Shown: piece by piece, positions 15,234 through 22,002 of the stretch
Layout: each line of letters begins with the position of its first letter
How positions within the stretch are numbered: position 1 is the stretch's first letter
Source of the DNA: an uncultured Christensenellaceae bacterium
Lineage (GTDB): Bacteria > Bacillota > Clostridia > Christensenellales > Pumilibacteraceae
NCBI GenBank assembly: GCA_910587595.1
Contig: CAJULQ010000005.1
Location: forward strand, 883 to 64,882
DNA: 64,000 nt
Direction of reading: 5' to 3'
Position numbers and translations under genes: made by a program
The notes under the pieces: generated by a model
Databases searched by the model: none
What the model was told of the DNA's origin: nothing
The model's input: the letters and a program-made list of their open reading frames with translations, nothing else

Positions 15234-17638
15234 CGCTTCCTTTTGTGCGCAAACATACAAACGCCGCCGCGGCGGATGTGCACAATGCGGCCGATAAGCA
15301 TGCGGCGTATGTGAACGCTCGCTGTAAAACGGTGCTTTCCAACATTTCTTTTTACGCGGCGTTCGCGCTCGATATCGTGTTTTTCGCCATCATCTTGCAT
15401 GCGGGCTACACGCTGTTGTTGCAGTCCTTTTTCGGCACGGCGTTTGTGCTCGAATGCATTACCGTTCTCTTTTTGTTGCCCGTGCCGTTGTTGCAAGTGG
15501 GCATTGTAAAACGCAACGCGGTGCGGTGCGCGGTGTTTTCCGCCGCCACCGTGATCCAAACGGTGTGGGCGTTTTATATCGCGTCGTACGGCGGCTTGGG
15601 GCCGTTCGGTATGTTGGCGGCGGCGCGCGCTCTACTGTGGCTGTGTGCATTCTTTGTTTGCCGCGTTGGAGTGGGCAGCGTGTTCGTGGCGGCGGCGGGC
15701 GTTGCGTTGGCGCTATTGTCGCTTTTGGGCGCCAACGCGCTGTTCGGCTTTTCGTTTGCGGCGCGGCCGTTGCGGTTTACCTATGTGCAAGCCGACGGCA
15801 CGCACGGCGCGGGATATGCCGTCACGTCGGTGTTATACGGTTCGCGCGATAACGTGAAAATACCCGCCGTGTATCGAGGCAAACCGGTGGTGGCCATGCA
15901 AACGGGGCGCGAGGAAATCGTGTGCATGCAAACGCTTTGCTTGCCCGACCGCGTAACGTTTGTGGAGATACGCGCGCCGCATTTGCTCGACTGCACAGTG
16001 GCGGCCGACGGCGTGCGCTTTTCCGAAAATACGTTTTATTGCCCCAACTTGTGCAAACTGACGTTTGCGGGCAACGACTTGCCCATCGATCTGCCCCCGA
16101 ATATTCCCAATGCGTACGCCGCAGATTTCGTGTTGGCCGTGCCGCGCGATAAAATCGACGAGGCGTTGGCGCGCGACGATTTTGCGCACGTGCGCGAGCA
16201 TCTTGCGCCCGCGGTGGGCGATAACGAGGGGTATATTGTGTATTACACCGATTGCACGTTGCCCGAAGGCGGCGCGCCGCAAGAAGTGTTCACCCAGCCC
16301 GTAACGGTAACGCAAGGCGACGGCTTTGTCGCGTTGCCCGCGCCCGATCTGTCCGATCTCGGCTATGCGTTCGATGGGTGGTATACCGACCGCCTTTACA
16401 CCCACCGCGCCGAACGCGTGCCCGCCGCGGCCGGTACGCGGCTATATGCGCGCTATTATAAGCTGTATACCGTTTCGCTGTATGCCGACAAATACGCCGC
16501 CCAACCGCAAACGTCGTTTACCTATCATTACGCAAGCGGCGAAGTGCGTCTGCCTGCCGACGGCGTGGGCAAAAAAGAGGGGTATGCCTTTTGCGGTTGG
16601 TTTGCCAAAAGCGACTACACTGTGGAAGCGCCGTACACGGCAACGTGGTCGTTTCCGTCGGAAACGATGGGGCACCGCGCCTTTTATGCGGTGTATAAGA
16701 AAGAGTATGCCGTCACACTGTATACCGACGGCGGCCGCGTGAACGGGGATATCCCGTCTACGTATCACGAGTGGTCGGAAACGGCGGGTTTGGCGCCCGC
16801 CGAAAAAGAGGGGCACACGTTTATGGGTTGGTACACCGACCCGCAGTTCGATTTTCCCATTCATAGTTTGCCGCCCATAGACGAGGACGGAGAGGTGTGG
16901 CAAAGCGACGTGGACTTGTACGCCAAGTTCAATAAAAATTACGCCATAGCCTACGAAAACGCCTATACGTTGCCCTCCAACGCGCCCAAACAGTATCATT
17001 GCGACAGCAACCTAAAACTGCCCACGCCCGCGCGCCAAGGGTATCGGTTTGCGGGTTGGTTCGATAACAACGCGTATACGGGCGAGGCGTTGCAAGTAAC
17101 GCCCCGCGAGAATGCGCGCGATCTGCGCTTATACGCCAAGTGGGCGCCCGTTACCTACACGGTGCGCTACGATAAAGGCGATTATTGGGATCCCACGGGC
17201 AGCGTGCCCGACAGCGTACTTACGTTTAACGAGCACGGCGCGCTGGCTATGTGCGGGTATGAAAAAAAAGGGTACTCGTTTGTAGGCTGGGAGATCGACG
17301 GCAAGATCTATGCGGAAGGGCAAGAGGGCGTTTTCAATTTCGCGTCTACGCACGGCGCGGTGGTCAAGGCCAGCGCGCAATGGCGCGCGCATGAATTTAC
17401 GCTGGTGTTTGTGCCCGACTGCGACGACGCCGAGGGCGCCATGCCCGCCGTGCAGTGCTCGTATTTGCAGTATTACGTGATGCCGTCGTGCACCTTTACC
17501 CGCGAGGGCTACCGCTTTTTGTTTTGGTCGATATACGGCACGGTCTGTCGCGAGGGCGTTGGGTGCAGTTTGGCGTGGGAGGCCATGCAAGAAGACGGCG
17601 CGACCATAGAGGTGCGCGCCGTTTGGGAGAAAATATAA
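15230..17638 (+). CDS. polytopic membrane protein with extracytoplasmic LRR and Listeria-Bacteroides (Flg_new) repeats
   Basis: About 5-6 hydrophobic helices in the first ~190 aa. Six G[YH].F.GW repeat cores follow (GYAFDGWYTD, GYAFCGWF, GHTFMGWYTD, GYRFAGWF, GYSFVGWE, GYRFLFWS). ATGA overlap with the upstream stop. Confidence 0.7.
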   Translation: MTLPFVRKHTNAAAADVHNAADKHAAYVNARCKTVLSNISFYAAFALDIVFFAIILHAGYTLLLQSFFGTAFVLECITVLFLLPVPLLQVGIVKRNAVRCAVFSAATVIQTVWAFYIASYGGLGPFGMLAAARALLWLCAFFVCRVGVGSVFVAAAGVALALLSLLGANALFGFSFAARPLRFTYVQADGTHGAGYAVTSVLYGSRDNVKIPAVYRGKPVVAMQTGREEIVCMQTLCLPDRVTFVEIRAPHLLDCTVAADGVRFSENTFYCPNLCKLTFAGNDLPIDLPPNIPNAYAADFVLAVPRDKIDEALARDDFAHVREHLAPAVGDNEGYIVYYTDCTLPEGGAPQEVFTQPVTVTQGDGFVALPAPDLSDLGYAFDGWYTDRLYTHRAERVPAAAGTRLYARYYKLYTVSLYADKYAAQPQTSFTYHYASGEVRLPADGVGKKEGYAFCGWFAKSDYTVEAPYTATWSFPSETMGHRAFYAVYKKEYAVTLYTDGGRVNGDIPSTYHEWSETAGLAPAEKEGHTFMGWYTDPQFDFPIHSLPPIDEDGEVWQSDVDLYAKFNKNYAIAYENAYTLPSNAPKQYHCDSNLKLPTPARQGYRFAGWFDNNAYTGEALQVTPRENARDLRLYAKWAPVTYTVRYDKGDYWDPTGSVPDSVLTFNEHGALAMCGYEKKGYSFVGWEIDGKIYAEGQEGVFNFASTHGAVVKASAQWRAHEFTLVFVPDCDDAEGAMPAVQCSYLQYYVMPSCTFTREGYRFLFWSIYGTVCREGVGCSLAWEAMQEDGATIEVRAVWEKI

Positions 17639-17889
17639 CGCGTAGATTTTAGGGTTTCGTCATATGTTTATCACATTATATAGGTATACTTTGTGCATAC
17701 CAAATTCGATAAAACCTTTCGTAGCGGCGTTTCCTCCTTTGTAAACAAGAAAAAAACCAATCATCTTCCTTTTTTTTCAGACAAACGTCGCTACGGGTTT
17801 TATACAATTTTCAAAACGCGAAAAGGGGGATGGCGAGTATAAGAGAACATACTTTCGGTAAATATAAATTCTTCCTTTGTAAAACAAAA

Positions 17890-17916
17890 AGCGCTCCTAT
17901 CATGGGAGCGCTTTTT
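17890..17916. terminator. bidirectional intrinsic terminator
   Basis: AGCGCTCC-tatcatg-GGAGCGCT stem-loop, flanked by an A-rich run on the left and TTTTT on the right. It lies downstream of both the + operon and the - strand gene ending at 18023. Confidence 0.6.
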
Positions 17917-17920
17917 GCCG

Positions 17921-18013
17921 AAAGAGGTAGACCCCTCGACTGACGCTCGGGGTGACGGGCAACCGTGCGCGGGGCGACAAGACATGTCATTTCGAGCGAA
18001 GTCGAGAAATCTC
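17921..18013. repeat. dispersed hairpin repeat, two units in opposite orientation
   Basis: Unit A is TGTCATTTCGAGCGAAGTCGAGAAATCTC (17985-18013). Unit B, GACCCCTCGACTGACGCTCGGGGTGAC (17930-17956), is the reverse complement of the same consensus. Further copies lie at 28654-28830 and 33027-33087. Confidence 0.85.
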
Positions 18014-18022
18014 TTTAGTACA

Positions 18023-18697
18023 CTATCGATCGGACGACAGCATCATCTCCACGATATGCAACACCGTGTCGTGCTCGGGTACGTCCCATGCCGCTATATA
18101 GTATTTATATCCTTTATAGCGAAAGGCGCCGTAGCTGTTTGCAGTATCGTACCACCAATGCACCTTAACGCCTTGCACGTTGTCGATATAGGGTGCGTTC
18201 CAATTGTTTTCCAATAGATCTACATAGGTGTCTTCGCTTGTTATGGTTACATACACTTCGTCGTATATTTCGCCGTTCAAATATTCTTCTTGCATATAAA
18301 AGGCGTTTCTGCCGTCGTGCGGCGTTTTTTGCAAGGTGGTGATCTCGATTTCCTCCATGTCGTACCAATCGAGATACAGCAAAGGCCTATTGTGCTGTTG
18401 CCCGTATTCTTTGAGGGTGACGTCTAACACCGTGATTTTGAATTGGTTTTCGGTGTATGAAAAGCGTTCGTCGTCGGTCTTGCCGTCTGTGAGCAAAAAG
18501 GGCAACGCAATGGCCAAACATACGGCGCAAACGCATGCCGTTACCCAAGTGAAAACGGAGCGCCGTTTTTTGGGCGCGTCGGCACACGGCGCGGGCGCGG
18601 GGAATGCGGCCAATCGCGCGTCTAATTTTGCCTTAAGCGCTTGTTTTTTTTGGAGGTCTTGCATTTCTATTAGGCGGTGTATGTCTTTTTCTTTCAT
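18023..18697 (-). CDS. single-pass membrane protein, anti-sigma-factor-like by position
   Basis: 224 aa with a short cytoplasmic N-terminus, one TM helix (VFTWVTACVCAVCLAIALPFLL) and an extracytoplasmic domain. It is the last gene of the ECF sigma operon. Confidence 0.5.
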   Translation of the reverse strand: MKEKDIHRLIEMQDLQKKQALKAKLDARLAAFPAPAPCADAPKKRRSVFTWVTACVCAVCLAIALPFLLTDGKTDDERFSYTENQFKITVLDVTLKEYGQQHNRPLLYLDWYDMEEIEITTLQKTPHDGRNAFYMQEEYLNGEIYDEVYVTITSEDTYVDLLENNWNAPYIDNVQGVKVHWWYDTANSYGAFRYKGYKYYIAAWDVPEHDTVLHIVEMMLSSDR

Positions 18698-18712
18698 ACG
18701 GTTTTTTCCTCT

Positions 18713-19531
18713 TTACAAAAAGTTTACGGCATAGGCCGATAATAGATTGTGCGGGGTGATTTTATAATAGTACATGAAAGAATTATCTTCCGTTAATGCA
18801 ACTTGCAAGTAGGTGTCGGTGCGAAATAGGCCGCTTACATTGTAGTATTTTATTTGCAGATACCCGTAAGCCACCATTATGTGCGAGTCGCTTGCCGCAA
18901 CGGTGTCTAATATATCGCATTGCGTATCCGGCTTTATTTTATACACATTACCGGCATGCGCAAATAAAACGAGCACTTTTTTGTTGTCGATAGCTGCCTT
19001 GCAAGCGTTAAAGTCGAGTTGCGAACTGGTGGCCACGCGATCAAACGAGGCGGTATAATTACGGTTGGCGGCGTATAAACGCATGCCGTTCAAAAAGTCC
19101 GATTCGCTCACGCCCTTGCCGTCTACGTTGGTGCGCATATCCGAATATAACTGACGGATCACGGCGGGCACATGCGTGGCGTCTTGGTTGCGGTATTTGC
19201 CCGAAGAAAAGTGCGAGCTCCAATCGGCGATCAGATCGGGGGCGTATTTGTCATAGTATCCCACGATGACCGCGCCCGCCACCGCGCCGCACGCGTTGGA
19301 AAGCCCGTCGCGGTCTTGGTATTTGGGCACGTTGTTGGGCGTGGTATTTTTCACCGAATCGTCTTTTTTGGTGTACGAAATGGTTTCGGCCGCGTGGGCA
19401 GATAAAAGCGCTACGTCGCCGAACCGTTCGGGCGCGGCGTCCGCTCGTTGCGGGGCGCTCCACCCGCCCAACGTGCATAAACATACGACGAGTAAAGCGG
19501 CTATACATGTTTTTTTCCAACGGTTTTTCAT
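18713..19531 (-). CDS. secreted papain-fold cysteine-peptidase-like protein (C39-like)
   Basis: Signal peptide MKNRWKKTCIAALLVVCLCTLGG. Candidate catalytic Cys in SNACGAVAGA and His in SHIMVAYGY. Confidence 0.45.
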   Translation of the reverse strand: MKNRWKKTCIAALLVVCLCTLGGWSAPQRADAAPERFGDVALLSAHAAETISYTKKDDSVKNTTPNNVPKYQDRDGLSNACGAVAGAVIVGYYDKYAPDLIADWSSHFSSGKYRNQDATHVPAVIRQLYSDMRTNVDGKGVSESDFLNGMRLYAANRNYTASFDRVATSSQLDFNACKAAIDNKKVLVLFAHAGNVYKIKPDTQCDILDTVAASDSHIMVAYGYLQIKYYNVSGLFRTDTYLQVALTEDNSFMYYYKITPHNLLSAYAVNFL

Positions 19532-19579
19532 TTTGTTTTTACCTCCGAAATATGTTTCCTACCCATATATACCGAGATA

Positions 19580-20137
19580 TCACCGTTTTTGCTTACCGTT
19601 TTGCCAAAATATCTTTATAACTTTTTCTATTTTTTTCAATCGCTTATGCACGTTCGCCGCGCTCATGTCCACTTGATGCGCGATTTCCCGTTCGGACGCG
19701 TTTTCGTAAAACCGAAGATAAAATATCTGTTTGTCGGTTTTGTCCGTTTCGCGCATCGCTTGCGAAAAGCACATGCCTTGCAAAACGGCGTCTAATCTTT
19801 GGTCGTCGTCGTAAAGCACATTGGCTGTGTCGGCCAAAAACGTTTCGTGCGCTTGTTTTTTACGCAACGCGGCATTGGCCGTAAAGGCCGCGTTTTGCAC
19901 GATTTTGCACATCCAGTTGTAGCCGTCTTTGTGCGCGTCGAATGCGGATATACTGTTGTATATTCGCATGTATGCGTCTATCAGCACGTCGTCTACGTCC
20001 GCCTCGTTATACACATATCTTTTTGCCACGACACCCAAATGGTTGGCTGTAACGTTATATAGAACGTCGAACTTCTTTTTATCGCCTCGTTGCAGTTGTA
20101 ATAAATAGCGGTTTACTTTGCTTTTGTATCGTGACAT
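19580..20137 (-). CDS. ECF-type RNA polymerase sigma-70 factor
   Basis: 185 aa. Region 2-like (DVDDVLIDAYMRIY) and region 4 HTH (SEREIAHQVDMSAANVHKRLKK). Confidence 0.8.
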   Translation of the reverse strand: MSRYKSKVNRYLLQLQRGDKKKFDVLYNVTANHLGVVAKRYVYNEADVDDVLIDAYMRIYNSISAFDAHKDGYNWMCKIVQNAAFTANAALRKKQAHETFLADTANVLYDDDQRLDAVLQGMCFSQAMRETDKTDKQIFYLRFYENASEREIAHQVDMSAANVHKRLKKIEKVIKIFWQNGKQKR

Positions 20138-20397
20138 TCTTTTTTCCGTACCGTTGATTTACCGTGTTTTCTACAAGTATACCATACTTCTTCGCAACAA
20201 ACAATCGTAACGCTTTCAAAAAACTTTCTTTTTTTGTAAATTATTTTTGCAAAACGGTAAGCAAAACCGCTTAAATATCGGTATATATGGGTGAAAGCAC
20301 AAAAAGGAGGTGTATGTAGATGGGGCCTTAAATAAAAACAAGGTAAGAAGGTAGACAAACACGCAGAAAAAGAGTACAATAAAAGGAGTACGAAAGT

Positions 20398-20511
20398 ATG
20401 AAAACAAAGAAAAGTTTTGTGAAGTTTGTGTCCGCGTTTGTTATGGCGCTTATGCTGTGCGTGTCGTTCGGCGTTTGCAGCGGATTCACCGTAAAGGCCG
20501 ATACGCAATAA
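20398..20511 (+). other. orphan signal-peptide mini-ORF, in frame with the MACPF ORF and ended by TAA
   Basis: AGGAG RBS, then ATG 20398. Encodes MKTKKSFVKFVSAFVMALMLCVSFGVCSGFTVKADTQ, then TAA at 20509-20511. The frame stays open through to 21972. Confidence 0.7.
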
Positions 20512-20595
20512 GCGGCCGAGGCACAAACCGTTTCCGCAGAGAACGACGGGATCGCTCTGTATTCGGTTACGAGCAACGGCACCGATGTTACCGGC

Positions 20596-21972
20596 TTGGG
20601 GTATTCGGTAGACGCCGTGACCGCGCCGTATTTAGACGCAAAACACATGAAAGACGGCGCGCCCGTGTTTGAGGTGAATTGGTTGAAAGCGCAGATCGAA
20701 AAAGGAACGCACAATGCTACCAACACCACGAACACCGCAAGTTATTCGGGCAGTAACTATAACACCATGAAAAAGGCGTATGCCGACGAAATGCAATTCA
20801 GCAATTCGGTAACGGGCCAATGCGACGTTTTCACGGCGAGCTTGTCCTCGGGATACGAAACAAGCACAACTATGAACTATGCATCTACCGCCAGCCAATA
20901 CTACTTTCGGTTGCATTCGGAGTACGAAAAGTATACATATTCGTTGCCGGGTTACACGGCCGACAGAGCGCTGTACCAAGCAAATTTCGGCGCCAACTAC
21001 GTAAACGATATGGCAAAGCTTTTGAATAACCAAATGTCGGCGGACGCCTTTTTCGGGCGGTACGGTACGCACATCGTTATGAAAGGCATTTACGGCGGTA
21101 AGATCGAGTTGCACTACAGTGCGCTTTCCAATAAGATCGACGTAGGCAATACCTACAAAAACAAAATCGACAACGCGTTGAAAATCAGCAATACCGAGAT
21201 GGGTTCGGCAGACACCAAGTTTACGTTCGATTTGCAAACGGCGATCGGCAGATCTACCGAAAGCGTGTCCGAAATGTTCCGCGCAAAAGCGGTGGGCGGC
21301 AATGCGTTCGAGGGAGTCGGTATCCAAAATTTGAACAACCATTTTTCGTCTTGGATCCGTTCGGTGGGCGACAGACCCGCTTTGATCGGAGCGACGAGCG
21401 ACGGTTTGGTGCCGCTTTGGGACATTTTGCCCACGGCGTACGATACAAGCGCGAACGCTGCCAAAGTGAAAGCGCTGTATAACACGTATGCGCAAAATCA
21501 CTATCCCGATGCGGGCATAAACCGCAACTTTGCGGGGCTTACGGAAAACACCTACACCACCGAGCAAAAATTCATCAGATCTGCGGAATACACCATTAAG
21601 GATACCGGCAGTTATAAGCAACCTTACGATGAAATTAATTTGGATAGCTTGTCCGAATATTCGCATGCAATACTGCGTCATTACGGTTACAAGAATATGC
21701 AAGTTAATCTGACATTGGATATGAAACAAGTGGATAAAGGATACCAATGGTTTTTAATGTGTTTTGATGCGGGTTCTAAAGAAAATTCTCTTGTATTGGA
21801 ATACGAACATCCGTTTAGCAGTAAAAGTTATGTCACCGAACATATAACCATACCCACGATGTCTACGTCGCATTTTACCGATACGTTGGTGATCCGTTAC
21901 AGCGCATCCGGAAAATACGATGATACGTGGAAAAACAAAAATTTGTACGTATCCATAACGTACAGCAAATAA
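20596..21972 (+). CDS. MACPF (membrane-attack complex/perforin) domain protein, apparently separated from its signal peptide
   Basis: MACPF signature YGTHIVMKGIYGG, matching (Y/W)GTH(F/Y)x6GG apart from Ile at the F/Y position. The frame is open from 20512, and the ORF-track start at 20596 is an arbitrary internal Met. Confidence 0.7.
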   Translation: MGYSVDAVTAPYLDAKHMKDGAPVFEVNWLKAQIEKGTHNATNTTNTASYSGSNYNTMKKAYADEMQFSNSVTGQCDVFTASLSSGYETSTTMNYASTASQYYFRLHSEYEKYTYSLPGYTADRALYQANFGANYVNDMAKLLNNQMSADAFFGRYGTHIVMKGIYGGKIELHYSALSNKIDVGNTYKNKIDNALKISNTEMGSADTKFTFDLQTAIGRSTESVSEMFRAKAVGGNAFEGVGIQNLNNHFSSWIRSVGDRPALIGATSDGLVPLWDILPTAYDTSANAAKVKALYNTYAQNHYPDAGINRNFAGLTENTYTTEQKFIRSAEYTIKDTGSYKQPYDEINLDSLSEYSHAILRHYGYKNMQVNLTLDMKQVDKGYQWFLMCFDAGSKENSLVLEYEHPFSSKSYVTEHITIPTMSTSHFTDTLVIRYSASGKYDDTWKNKNLYVSITYSK

Positions 21973-22002
21973 ACAAAAAACGGCCCGTTGGGAGGTAAAG
22001 GT

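Noticed and set aside
20509-20511. In-frame TAA as evidence for an alternative genetic code.
   Set aside because: TAA terminates many conserved genes in this window at their expected ends (for example rpsJ, rplC, rpsH and rplF). TGA and TAG are also used as stops, so the standard code 11 applies.
20113-20526. 137-aa and 63-aa minus-strand ORFs in the sigma/MACPF divergent intergenic region.
   Set aside because: The region is AT-rich promoter sequence. The ORFs overlap the MACPF signal-peptide ORF in antisense, have odd composition and no RBS.
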